Shown here piece by piece: positions 18,094 to 27,638 of a stretch of 64,000 nucleotides of DNA. Source of the stretch: Bacteriovoracaceae bacterium (GTDB lineage: Bacteria > Bdellovibrionota > Bacteriovoracia > Bacteriovoracales > Bacteriovoracaceae); the NCBI GenBank assembly GCA_965140515.1, contig OZ223251.1:2199977-2263976 (forward strand), in the 5' to 3' direction. The translations under genes and the position numbers were made by a program. The number at the start of each line of letters is the position of its first letter. Position 1 is the first letter of the stretch. The notes beneath the pieces are model-generated. The model had not been told where the DNA came from. It ran no database searches and worked only from the letters and a program-made list of their open reading frames with translations.

Positions 18094-19245
18094 TTATTTT
18101 GAATTTTCAAATGCTTCTTGAATACAAGCTCTAATCTTAAAAGGTCCATCTGGAAGTGAAGCACATCTAAGCTTCGTTTTTGGTTGCTTTGGAGTGTAAT
18201 GGACATTAATTGACCCTATTCCTGTAACTGGATCGTATGATGGGTAGACGAGGAATCCTCCTTCTGAACCGTCATTTTTGTGTAATCTAATAACTGCCTT
18301 TGTTACGAGGTGAGCTACGATTGCACCGGCCAGAACATCCGTCATCCAGTGTTTTCGGTCATGCATTCTTGCGTATGATGTAACCGCTGCAAGCCCGTAT
18401 GATACGAATGGTACCCATGCATGATCTTCTTTATAAACTTCAGCGATAACTGTTGCAAAAGACCATGCTCCAGAAGAGTGCCCTGAGAAGAATGAGTTAT
18501 TTCCTTCTTGTCCAAAAGCATATGGACCCATATCGCCATTTGGTCTTACTCGTTGGAATGACTTCTTAAAACCTTCTGTAATTGCTTGAGTTGCAAGTCC
18601 AGCTGTAACTGTGAAAAGTCCAAGCTGCTTTAGTTTTCCATTATCTAAAACGGCACCAAGAAAGTATGAACCGATAGCAACAGGTGGAATAATATCTGCA
18701 CCAAACATATTTCCAACAGTGGCAAGCTTTGCAGTTTTTTCTGATTTATGATCTTGGATAAAATTCATGATTTCTTGATCTCTTTGAAAGATTACGAGTC
18801 CCAAACTTGTCGCTGCAGCAAATGCAATAAGTTCACGATTTGATAAACTAAGAGGGATGAAGTAGCCCTTTGATTCAAGGTTTGGATCAAATTTAAACAT
18901 CAGATCACTAAACTCTTTTGCCGAAATTCCTCGTTGTGAAATTTCGTGATGATCAATTGCTGCTTGCTCTTCTTCGCTACAACCGTATGCAGAACTTTGG
19001 CACTCATAGAGGTCATCTAAGTATCTTTCATATGGCCCTTTGAGATAATCTGGAGTTTCATGTTCATTTTGTCCGCAGTCATATCCTGTAAGTGTTTGCT
19101 TGCAGTCTTGGAAAAGGCCAATCTGTCTTGAGTTATCATCGCTATTATTTGATTTCTTTCCACTGAGGAACTCTTCCATGGTTGGGTTCGCAAACGCCAG
19201 TGTGTTTAGGCACAGTGCAGTCATCACAAGTAGTGCTTTCTTCAT
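18094..19245 (-). CDS. PAP2-family (acid phosphatase / lipid phosphatase) protein, secreted or membrane-associated
   Basis: PAP2 motifs KKSFQRVRP, SGHS and RMHDRKHWMTD. ATG 19245 (MKKALLVMTALCLNTLAFA) follows TGGAG; the ORF track starts at 19299. Confidence 0.75.
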   Translation of the reverse strand: MKKALLVMTALCLNTLAFANPTMEEFLSGKKSNNSDDNSRQIGLFQDCKQTLTGYDCGQNEHETPDYLKGPYERYLDDLYECQSSAYGCSEEEQAAIDHHEISQRGISAKEFSDLMFKFDPNLESKGYFIPLSLSNRELIAFAAATSLGLVIFQRDQEIMNFIQDHKSEKTAKLATVGNMFGADIIPPVAIGSYFLGAVLDNGKLKQLGLFTVTAGLATQAITEGFKKSFQRVRPNGDMGPYAFGQEGNNSFFSGHSSGAWSFATVIAEVYKEDHAWVPFVSYGLAAVTSYARMHDRKHWMTDVLAGAIVAHLVTKAVIRLHKNDGSEGGFLVYPSYDPVTGIGSINVHYTPKQPKTKLRCASLPDGPFKIRACIQEAFENSK

Positions 19246-19498
19246 CAATACTCCATATAATTTTATATTATCTATACTTTTACGCATATTATTGGACAAT
19301 TAGTTCGCTGAACAAATTTTTTTGCAAATCATATATTATTTACAGTTATACCTATGATTAGTTGATATTTATTATCATTGCGCTAAGTTACTGATTAGTT
19401 AAGAAAAATTAACTGGACTTGTTACCACGCAGTCATTTGATCTATTGAACTATTGGGTAAAAACAGCGTAAAATTCGATGATTAGAATGTGAGGATAT

Positions 19499-19882
19499 AT
19501 GAAAAATCTTTTGATCTTACTTGTTGCACTTATCTCTTTTTCTGCTTTTTCTTATGATGTATCAGATATTACAGGGACCTTTAGAGTTAATCTCAAAGGA
19601 TCTCCTGTCTACAATTTGGTAACTATTTTGGAGGATGGTCAAATTAAGCTTATCGAATACAGTAATTACGGCGAATTAGAGTGTCGCGGACGTTCTAATG
19701 TTAAAGATGATGTGATGTATTCAGATATGGTTTGCCTCAATGGTCGTCGCTTTTCTCAGGCCATTATGCTTTCTGATATCTATGAGCTAGAAGGGAATAC
19801 CAATACTCTATTCAAGGTTAGAGTTATCTCAACTCTATTTGGAGGGAGAACCAAGCTTCTAACCTTTAAGCGGGTAGACTAA
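19499..19882 (+). CDS. Small secreted hypothetical protein
   Basis: Signal peptide MKNLLILLVALISFSAFS. No family recognised. Confidence 0.45.
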   Translation: MKNLLILLVALISFSAFSYDVSDITGTFRVNLKGSPVYNLVTILEDGQIKLIEYSNYGELECRGRSNVKDDVMYSDMVCLNGRRFSQAIMLSDIYELEGNTNTLFKVRVISTLFGGRTKLLTFKRVD

Positions 19883-19972
19883 AACAAAAACCGAGTAAAA
19901 TTTATCTTTCCATATACTTGTGCTCCTAATTGATGTAGGTTCTCAAAAACATTATAAAGTTAAGGAGCTCTA

Positions 19973-21610
19973 GTGACATTTTCAACATTTAACTTAAGGC
20001 CAGAACTCAATAAAGCAATTGAGAAACTTGGCTACGAGACGCCTACTGATATTCAGCGTGAAGCACTACCAATACTGTTGGGTGAAGATGTTGATTTTAT
20101 CGGACAAGCACAGACTGGTACCGGTAAAACTGCTGCTTTCGTTTTGCCTCTGTTACAGAAGCTCAACTCAAAAAGTAACTCTATTCAAGCTCTCGTGCTT
20201 GCTCCAACACGTGAACTTGCAAACCAGGTTTGCCAAGAAGTTGAGAAGCTTGGAGAGTTCTCTCAAATAAAAAGTTATCCTGTATTTGGTGGTGTTTGTT
20301 ATGATCGTCAAATTAAAGGGATTAAAAAAACCAAACCACAGATTGTAGTAGGAACTCCAGGACGCTTGATCGATTTAATGAATCAAGGTGTTTTAGACTT
20401 TAGCTCTACTGAGTATTTGGTTCTCGATGAGGCCGATGAAATGCTCAATATGGGATTTCTTGATGATGTGAAGAAGATTCTTTCAAGTTTTCAAAATGAA
20501 AGTAAAACGATGTGGATGTTTTCTGCAACAATGCCAGCTCCAATCTTAAATTTAATCAAAAGTGAATTTACAAATCCTAAAGTAGTTAAGGTTGAAAAGA
20601 GTACACTTAGTAATGCTGATGTTACTCAGTTTTACTACCTTGTAAGACAAAAGGAGCGCGAGACTGCGTTATGCCGTTTGATTGATTCAAACCCTGATAT
20701 GTATGGGATTGTATTTTGCAATACTAAGAAAGATACATGGGAATTGGCCGATGGTCTCATGGGGAAGGGGTATAAAGTAGATTCTCTTCATGGAGATATG
20801 GGACAGCTTCAGCGTGATCGGGCAATGGCGCGTTTTAAATCTGGTAAAAGTCGTCTTATGATTTGTACTGATGTTGCAGCTCGTGGAATTGATGTTAATA
20901 ACCTCACTCACGTTATTAACTTTGGACTACCTCGTGATATGGAATCTTATGTTCATCGAATCGGTAGGACTGGTCGTGCTGGGCTTAAAGGTCAGTCGAT
21001 TTCGTTAATCGATCCTCGTGAGCGCGGTTATCTAAAGAGATTGGAAAGGTTTACTGGACAGAGAATGTTTGAAGGTAAGCTACCAACTGCAAAACAAATG
21101 AAAAGTGGTATTCTTCGTAGAGAATTAGAGAAGACAAATAATCTAATTGAAGCTGTTTTAACAAAGGGTGATGATTTTGCGATTGATCCTTTGTTCAAGG
21201 AATTTGCAGCTCATTATGAAGCTCTTGATCGCGAAGAGTTTATGAAAGTAATGTTTTCGTGGCGTTTTAATAAAGAGTTTAAGTCTCTTGGTGAGATGAG
21301 TGAATTTGAGGATGCTCATTCAAAGAAAAAAGAAAGACGTCCAAATGCCAATAAAAATAAAGGACCTCAAAATACATCTCCAAACAATGTTCGCTTTTTT
21401 ATTAATGCTGGGAAAAAAGATGGAGTGCGCTTGCAGCCCTTTTTAAAGGCAGTCTCTGGAATTGCGAAGATAAAAAAGAATGATATTCATAATGTCGAAA
21501 TGATGAAGAAATTTAGTTTCTTTGAGGTTTCAAAGAGATATCAAAATAAGATTGCCGGACTTAAATTTTCCATTGGTGATAAAGACGTTTCAATAGAACT
21601 TTCAAAATAA
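19973..21610 (+). CDS. deaD: DEAD-box ATP-dependent RNA helicase with a DbpA-type C-terminal RNA-binding domain
   Basis: Motifs AQTGTGKT, PTRELA, DEAD, SAT and HRIGRTGRAG. Basic linker and a C-terminal VRFFINAGKKDGV segment. GTG start follows AAGGAG. Confidence 0.85.
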   Translation: MTFSTFNLRPELNKAIEKLGYETPTDIQREALPILLGEDVDFIGQAQTGTGKTAAFVLPLLQKLNSKSNSIQALVLAPTRELANQVCQEVEKLGEFSQIKSYPVFGGVCYDRQIKGIKKTKPQIVVGTPGRLIDLMNQGVLDFSSTEYLVLDEADEMLNMGFLDDVKKILSSFQNESKTMWMFSATMPAPILNLIKSEFTNPKVVKVEKSTLSNADVTQFYYLVRQKERETALCRLIDSNPDMYGIVFCNTKKDTWELADGLMGKGYKVDSLHGDMGQLQRDRAMARFKSGKSRLMICTDVAARGIDVNNLTHVINFGLPRDMESYVHRIGRTGRAGLKGQSISLIDPRERGYLKRLERFTGQRMFEGKLPTAKQMKSGILRRELEKTNNLIEAVLTKGDDFAIDPLFKEFAAHYEALDREEFMKVMFSWRFNKEFKSLGEMSEFEDAHSKKKERRPNANKNKGPQNTSPNNVRFFINAGKKDGVRLQPFLKAVSGIAKIKKNDIHNVEMMKKFSFFEVSKRYQNKIAGLKFSIGDKDVSIELSK

Positions 21611-21638
21611 AAAAAAGCACCTTTAGGTGCTTTTTTTA
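21609..21638. terminator. Bidirectional rho-independent terminator
   Basis: A-run, AAGCACC-ttta-GGTGCTT, T-run, between convergent genes. Confidence 0.65.
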
Positions 21639-22181
21639 TTCGTTCACTTCAACATCAAATACTTTTTTTAGTTGATAGATATTAGTAGAGTTTTCAATAT
21701 TTGAACACGCTACATATTTTATCTTTTCCGGTGTTCTTGAAGTCTTATTCAGTTCGATAAATACAATTGGATACTCCACAGGCATTTTGCACAGAGATCT
21801 GAATCTTTCTTTAAGTTCAAAAGAATTGTATTTATCAATAAAGTTAAATATTGATTTTGAGGTAAGTGTCGCAAAATTGCCTTGAGTAATAAAGTCAAAG
21901 AAGTCATCTTGATCCACTTCTTCAGTACTCTTAATTTTGCCACCAAGTTCTTTAAATGTATATTTGATGAATAAATTATCCCCGGCACAATTTCTACAGT
22001 AGTTTTCTTTAACCGAACACTGAGAGTAATTGTCGCACAGGTTCGCACATTGGTAACTATCATCCTGATTACATTTAATATCAAGAATTTTGATGAAGTC
22101 CTCTGTCCATTTTGACTCAATGGTAAAGGCCAAGCTTGAGATACTCAGGAGTACTGATAGTAGTGCTATTACTATCTTCAT
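21636..22181 (-). CDS. Cys-rich secreted hypothetical protein (181 aa)
   Basis: Signal peptide MKIVIALLSVLLSISSLA and a CNQDDSYQCANLCDNYSQCSVKENYCRNC cluster. Its start overlaps the stop of the upstream gene (22178-22181). Confidence 0.5.
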   Translation of the reverse strand: MKIVIALLSVLLSISSLAFTIESKWTEDFIKILDIKCNQDDSYQCANLCDNYSQCSVKENYCRNCAGDNLFIKYTFKELGGKIKSTEEVDQDDFFDFITQGNFATLTSKSIFNFIDKYNSFELKERFRSLCKMPVEYPIVFIELNKTSRTPEKIKYVACSNIENSTNIYQLKKVFDVEVNE

Positions 22182-25126
22182 CTCTTCTCCTTTGGGAAAT
22201 TACAACTGCTATCTTCCCAGAAGTTATCTTTTGTAAGTTCCCCTCGACAGAACATTCCTGCTACCTTTGTATCAACTACTTTAATTCTATTTTTGCAGTG
22301 TTTCAGTTTTATGGTAGCGCTGTCTCTGTCTTCATCAATATAGGTTACCTGTGTATTAAACAGTTTTCCTGCTGCCTTAGAAATTGCATGTTCACACTTC
22401 GAAGGCATACAGTAAGATCCTTTTACTAATTTTTTCACACAGGACTTTGGGATAGTTCCATACCGTTTATATGTGTCGAGTACATTATTCGGATTTATTT
22501 CCCACCTACGAGGTATCTCTATCGGATCAGAGAATCCTCTGAAAAATCTCATAACACCTCTGATAAGGTAGTAACTGGTGCTTACAACGGGAATATTCGC
22601 AAAAGTTGCGACCCAATTACTCATTGTTTCAAAATTGATGGTGCAGCTCGCACATCCTTGAATTGTTTTCATTGAGTTTACATCAATGTCACTCGCCGAT
22701 TGAACGCGAATTTCGCCACCATTTTTATTCATCAGGCAGCCTTTAAAAGTATAACCTGCGAAATATGCCTTTTTTGAAAGCAAGTCTGCTGAATGATTTC
22801 CTACTGAAACAGTACAAGGAATATTTAATATTTTATTGAGATCTACGCCTAGTTCTCCTGGCCAGTTATGTCCACTCATTTGAGGATCAAATGTTAACTT
22901 TCCATCCTTCATCATCTTGTTAAAAGAGGTCGCGCGTTGAGGGACATAATCGACATTTAAATAAAATGGTGTAGGGTTTACCAAGCTAATCGCTGCTGCA
23001 GTTAAGTCCGAGAAGGTATTAAAGAGTGTCTTTTTAACTTTCCACCAAGGGTCATAGATCTTACACGCTGTTCTCTCAGCATATGGATTAATTAATGATG
23101 GATCATTGATATTCTGATCATTGACATAAAATGTTCTAAAGTAGCGTACTGCTGAATAGATTGAAGTTATTGATTCCAAAATCTTTCTTGAACAGTCTGA
23201 ACCGTTGAAGCAAATGGTGTTGCTAACGGTGTTTGCTCCTCTATTTTTTAGAAGTGGAGTTCCCCAAATTGAAATAGGAGAATCTCCCTTCTTACCGATT
23301 TCATCTTTTATGATTAGTTCTTTATACCAGTCAGAGAATCCAGACCTATCGACTTCAAAATTCTCCCAGATTCCCCTTTCTTCTAATTCATTACAGAAAC
23401 TTAGAACGGCCGGGGCAACTTGTTCAAAGTAATTATAGAACTCTTTGAGCCCTTTTGAAGTCAGTTTTTTAAATGTAGGGTCGAGCTCATTCATCTGCTT
23501 GAGATAATCTAGATCTGAGCGAATAAAACTCAAGGTTTCGTGTGCCGCAACATTGTACTCTGAGCATAGGTAATACAGTTCATTTTTAAGCCCATCAACT
23601 GTGATTTTTGATGCTCCTTGATGAGACCATGCTTCTCTATTGTTTTTCGCTTTATTAAGATTATTAATAATTGAATCTACAGATAGATATTTTGAAGTTA
23701 CTTCTAATGTACTGATAGCATTCATCAGTTTGTTTTTTATATATGATCTAGATTTTCTGATATTTTTTGCAAATGATTGGGCCCACTCGTTCATATCGGG
23801 AAACTTACCGTATTCAAGTATATCATTGTTGTAATCAACAAATGGGTCATCCAAGAGTTCTTTTTCTGCACCATTTGGAATTGATTTCATAAAGTCATGA
23901 TTAAGTGCCATTTTGTTGTATGAACTTTTGGCAAAGTCTCTTATACGTTGTGAACTTAAAAAATCGTTGTCGCACCTTGATGGAGAAGTACCTCTACAGT
24001 TTGTTGAGAAAAACATTACAGATTCTTCTAAGTAAATACTCTTGAAGACTTCTCCAAAAGGATATGACATTTGTTCGATTTGTTGCGAATTCCTAAATGC
24101 CCACGAATAATAAAGTTTAAGGCTATGCCAGAAATCAAATCCAGCTTTGTCCCAATTCTTCTTGTTCGTTCCAAGTATGTCTAGTTGGTATGCTACGGCC
24201 TCTAAAGAGGATTGAGCATCTATATCATCACATGTGGTTATATATTCACTTTGATCTCCTTGAGCGATTGCCAAGGACTCAAGAACTTTTTTGTTTGCAG
24301 CAACTGTCCCAACTTGGGCCATAAATGGAGAATATTTTTTTAGAAAGTGACAGCTTAGATTACTATTTTCTTTTTCATCGATAAGTTTGCTTCCAAAAAA
24401 ATGTTTTGATGAGAAATTATCAATCTCTCCCCAGATTTCTTTTGTTTGCTTGCGGTAGCTATATTTTCGATTATTCCAAATTTTAGCAATATATTGATCA
24501 AGTTCTTCACAGTATTCGTCAAGCTTACAGCCTTCAGAAATTTGCGAGTATTGCTTTAATAAATCTTTACGATAATTGTAATAGTCTGATGTGTCGTGAT
24601 TTGGTCGGGTTTGTTCTTTGAATCGTTTTTCAAGCGCACTTGCTGTTAGATCAGCATGTAGTAGGGGAAGCCTATCTTCAAAAATCTGATTTGCAATATA
24701 TTCGATCAGCTTATAACTTGAGTACCGAAATCTCGATACTCCCATTTTTGTTAATGCTCTGGGTTCTCTTCCTGTTGATAATGCTAATCTGTAGACCGAC
24801 TTGGCCGCATTCATACTATCGATGATCAAGTTAACTTGAGTTGTTGGCCTATTCGAATCATCAGCGCAACTTGAACGATTGGTAAACTGAAGGTTATTGA
24901 TTCGAAGATATTTTGCATCGATATTTGCTCTCTTCCACTGAGGAGATACATCTTTTAGATTTATTGGATCTTCATAAGACTTCTGTTGATCATCTTTTGC
25001 AATCTTTTCAGATTCAAGTTCTGCTTGGTAGTTGTCTCCTAAGATCTCGCTGGGCATAGTTGTCTCACCACTTGCTAGTGGTGTTAACAGATAAGCTAAT
25101 AATGTGAGTAGGGCCCAGTATTTCAT
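22178..25126 (-). CDS. Large secreted hypothetical protein (982 aa)
   Basis: Long uninterrupted ORF with signal peptide MKYWALLTLLAYLLTPLASG. Many Cys. No motif recognised. Confidence 0.6.
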   Translation of the reverse strand: MKYWALLTLLAYLLTPLASGETTMPSEILGDNYQAELESEKIAKDDQQKSYEDPINLKDVSPQWKRANIDAKYLRINNLQFTNRSSCADDSNRPTTQVNLIIDSMNAAKSVYRLALSTGREPRALTKMGVSRFRYSSYKLIEYIANQIFEDRLPLLHADLTASALEKRFKEQTRPNHDTSDYYNYRKDLLKQYSQISEGCKLDEYCEELDQYIAKIWNNRKYSYRKQTKEIWGEIDNFSSKHFFGSKLIDEKENSNLSCHFLKKYSPFMAQVGTVAANKKVLESLAIAQGDQSEYITTCDDIDAQSSLEAVAYQLDILGTNKKNWDKAGFDFWHSLKLYYSWAFRNSQQIEQMSYPFGEVFKSIYLEESVMFFSTNCRGTSPSRCDNDFLSSQRIRDFAKSSYNKMALNHDFMKSIPNGAEKELLDDPFVDYNNDILEYGKFPDMNEWAQSFAKNIRKSRSYIKNKLMNAISTLEVTSKYLSVDSIINNLNKAKNNREAWSHQGASKITVDGLKNELYYLCSEYNVAAHETLSFIRSDLDYLKQMNELDPTFKKLTSKGLKEFYNYFEQVAPAVLSFCNELEERGIWENFEVDRSGFSDWYKELIIKDEIGKKGDSPISIWGTPLLKNRGANTVSNTICFNGSDCSRKILESITSIYSAVRYFRTFYVNDQNINDPSLINPYAERTACKIYDPWWKVKKTLFNTFSDLTAAAISLVNPTPFYLNVDYVPQRATSFNKMMKDGKLTFDPQMSGHNWPGELGVDLNKILNIPCTVSVGNHSADLLSKKAYFAGYTFKGCLMNKNGGEIRVQSASDIDVNSMKTIQGCASCTINFETMSNWVATFANIPVVSTSYYLIRGVMRFFRGFSDPIEIPRRWEINPNNVLDTYKRYGTIPKSCVKKLVKGSYCMPSKCEHAISKAAGKLFNTQVTYIDEDRDSATIKLKHCKNRIKVVDTKVAGMFCRGELTKDNFWEDSSCNFPKEKR

Positions 25127-25212
25127 CTTGTGTCGTATATTGCCTTAGTTTGCTGTTTTAATCACTTGTTTTGAAAAATATTCTCGTTTTTTTTGATGCT
25201 AACTAGTTAGAA

Positions 25213-26115
25213 TTACTCATCAATTTCTAGTGCGGATGAAAAGGTCACAGTGGCCGATCGATTTGGCCTTTTTCCCTCTTTTGTCTCGATAAATCGTTGG
25301 CGCCAGATACAGTGTGAATAAGATGGAAGTGTCACTCCTCGGTAGGATAGTGTTTGGTTTATTCTTTCGTAATTTGAGCTGCTGACTTGTGAAAGATTGT
25401 ATTCGTCATCTCCACATAGTAATTCATATTTTGATACTAGCTCTGAGTGGCCGGTGTAAGCGATATCATTTGGTGCAATCGCTGCTGTTATTGACGTAGT
25501 ATTTGGTATTGTTTGGTGTATGCACCAATCAACAAAATAGTTTGTCCCATAGGTCTCAGAATTGAGAACAAAGCTTAATGAATCTGTATTCAATAGCGTT
25601 GTAAATTGACTGTCTGAAAGTTCAGAATATTGATCTCGCTTTGCTGGCACTGATTGATAGTCATATTTGTACTGATCGTAGCTGTTGTTATCTGGAAATG
25701 ATGATATCGCTGTCGTCTCAGCGTGGATGTAATCATTGTATCCATGGTAGTTTGACGATGAGTTTGATATTACTTCTGATGTGGTAACCGTAACTCTACG
25801 TTTAATTGCAGCATTGCAGGGATAAATTGAAACTTGGTTTTTCTCTGGAGTTGAAAAACACTTACCAAAGTAATCTTCGCCATGGAGCCTTGTGACTCCA
25901 CTCTCAACCGTCAAGTGCCCTCGCTTAAGGGAGTTAATGCTTATACAAATCTCTTGATACTTTTTCCCATTTCCGGAATGACATACAAGTGCCTTATTTC
26001 CATGTGGCCCACACCACACAATTTGGTCCCATATGTCCCAAATGTTGACATGATCGCCAGCTATGAGTTGAAGCGATGATAATAGAAGTAATGTGGAAAA
26101 AAATAATTTTTTCAT
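25213..26115 (-). CDS. Secreted hypothetical protein; paralog of 26158..27045 with an extra N-terminal Cys/His module
   Basis: Signal peptide. Shares blocks with its neighbour: YPCNAAI vs FPCNAGI; SLSFVLNSETYGTNYFVDWC vs SLDFVLSSENYGAKYFVDIC; CGDDEY vs CDGEY. Confidence 0.55.
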   Translation of the reverse strand: MKKLFFSTLLLLSSLQLIAGDHVNIWDIWDQIVWCGPHGNKALVCHSGNGKKYQEICISINSLKRGHLTVESGVTRLHGEDYFGKCFSTPEKNQVSIYPCNAAIKRRVTVTTSEVISNSSSNYHGYNDYIHAETTAISSFPDNNSYDQYKYDYQSVPAKRDQYSELSDSQFTTLLNTDSLSFVLNSETYGTNYFVDWCIHQTIPNTTSITAAIAPNDIAYTGHSELVSKYELLCGDDEYNLSQVSSSNYERINQTLSYRGVTLPSYSHCIWRQRFIETKEGKRPNRSATVTFSSALEIDE

Positions 26116-26126
26116 TAAATTTAAGT

Positions 26127-26146
26127 GCCCCGGGAAGTCCCGGGGC
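26127..26146 (-). terminator. GC-rich hairpin between the two paralogs (terminator or attenuator candidate)
   Basis: GCCCCGGGA..TCCCGGGGC are perfectly complementary arms in an AT-rich context. The minus-strand T-tract is weak. Confidence 0.35.
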
Positions 26147-26157
26147 CATATACTTTA

Positions 26158-27045
26158 TTAGATATTTGCTGGATCAGTAATATCTGTGAAAAGAGTAAAA
26201 ATTCCGCCATGAGCAGCATGATTACGACGATCTTCTGAGTTTTCAGAGAATGTATATCTAACAACACATTTTGCAGGAGCTTCAGAGTGAGTTCCAACAA
26301 GTTGATGGTTGTTGTAGAAAACTTCTTGAGATGCAGCACTTACCGCTTGACCCATTTTTGAAGTTTTGTATTCCCCGTCGCAGTATACTTGAACATCTGC
26401 TGAAACATTTGCTTTGTTTAAGTAGTCTCTACCATTAACCATGTTAGAGAATGATACTTTTGAAGTTAGGTTATAAACTCTGTTTCCAGTTGTTGATGGT
26501 GCAAATTGAGGCCCGTAGTAACAGATGTCTACGAAATATTTTGCTCCATAATTTTCTGAACTAAGAACAAAGTCTAGGCTTGAAACAATGTAGTTTACGT
26601 CATTGATTTTATGATTGTTATAAGAAATGTCTGATGCTTGGTTCAAATTTAAGTAGCTGTTATCTTTAAAGATTGCTTGCCAAGAGTATGAACCTTGAGT
26701 TCCGGCATATTTTGAAAACTCTTTTCCTGAGTGGTCAAGTGTTTGGTTCTCTGTCCACTCATCAAACTCAACAACGTCATAGCTCATGTAGTCCGGTAGG
26801 TATGATCCTGAAACAGAAGTATTTGTTTCACTGTCAACAACTTCTGATCCGTAACCATTGTAGTTAGGATTTGTTGTGTCAACTGTGTAACCTTGCTCTG
26901 CATGTGTTCCTGAGTGAACTATCCCTGCATTACAAGGAAAGATGTCAGCTCCAGAAGAAAAAACTCTAAATTTAAAAGTGTTGTTTGCAGCTTGAGCTCC
27001 GCTTACTAGAGCAAGTGCTGAAAGTGCGATTACCATTTTTTTCAT
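26158..27045 (-). CDS. Secreted hypothetical protein; paralog of 25213..26115
   Basis: Signal peptide MKKMVIALSALALVSGAQA. Shared blocks are listed under the paralog. Confidence 0.55.
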   Translation of the reverse strand: MKKMVIALSALALVSGAQAANNTFKFRVFSSGADIFPCNAGIVHSGTHAEQGYTVDTTNPNYNGYGSEVVDSETNTSVSGSYLPDYMSYDVVEFDEWTENQTLDHSGKEFSKYAGTQGSYSWQAIFKDNSYLNLNQASDISYNNHKINDVNYIVSSLDFVLSSENYGAKYFVDICYYGPQFAPSTTGNRVYNLTSKVSFSNMVNGRDYLNKANVSADVQVYCDGEYKTSKMGQAVSAASQEVFYNNHQLVGTHSEAPAKCVVRYTFSENSEDRRNHAAHGGIFTLFTDITDPANI

Positions 27046-27068
27046 TTTAATATCTCCTTAAGTATCAA

Positions 27069-27623
27069 TTATTTACAGCCAGTGGCCTGTTTAATAATGG
27101 TTGAGTAAAATATAATCATAGCTTCATCCGCAGGGGTGAACGCTCTTCTTGTTGTGCCTTCTTCTGTGATCAATCCATACATGTATGTATTCATCGCAAT
27201 ATAAAGACTTCTTGGAACTTTGATTTCCTGTTCACAAGTCTTGTATGTGTATGAAACTGATAATCCTACAAATGGGTTTGACCCTTGATTTGTTGAATAG
27301 CTATCTCCTGGAACAATTACGATATTTCCACCGTTGTTTGAAGTATTGCCATCTCCAACATTGAACTCAATTTTAAATTCGTCACCAGAGTTTGCGATTG
27401 AAAATAGGGTACACATCCCTTTTTTACACGCCACTTTCATATCTTCGTTAATGCTCATTTGAATGTATTCTGGGGAGTATCTGATAAATTCAAACTCTTC
27501 TTCTCCCCCTGCAATGGTGTCGAATAATTCATCTTCGTTATCATAGTTGTTTTCATAACCTTGATTCGCAAACGCTACATTTAAAAGTAGGGCGCAAATC
27601 ATGAATGATAAAATCTTCTTCAT
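27069..27623 (-). CDS. Secreted hypothetical protein (184 aa)
   Basis: Signal peptide MKKILSFMICALLLNVAFA with an acidic N-terminal region. No family recognised. Confidence 0.5.
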   Translation of the reverse strand: MKKILSFMICALLLNVAFANQGYENNYDNEDELFDTIAGGEEEFEFIRYSPEYIQMSINEDMKVACKKGMCTLFSIANSGDEFKIEFNVGDGNTSNNGGNIVIVPGDSYSTNQGSNPFVGLSVSYTYKTCEQEIKVPRSLYIAMNTYMYGLITEEGTTRRAFTPADEAMIIFYSTIIKQATGCK

Positions 27624-27638
27624 ACGGTCTCCTTAAAA

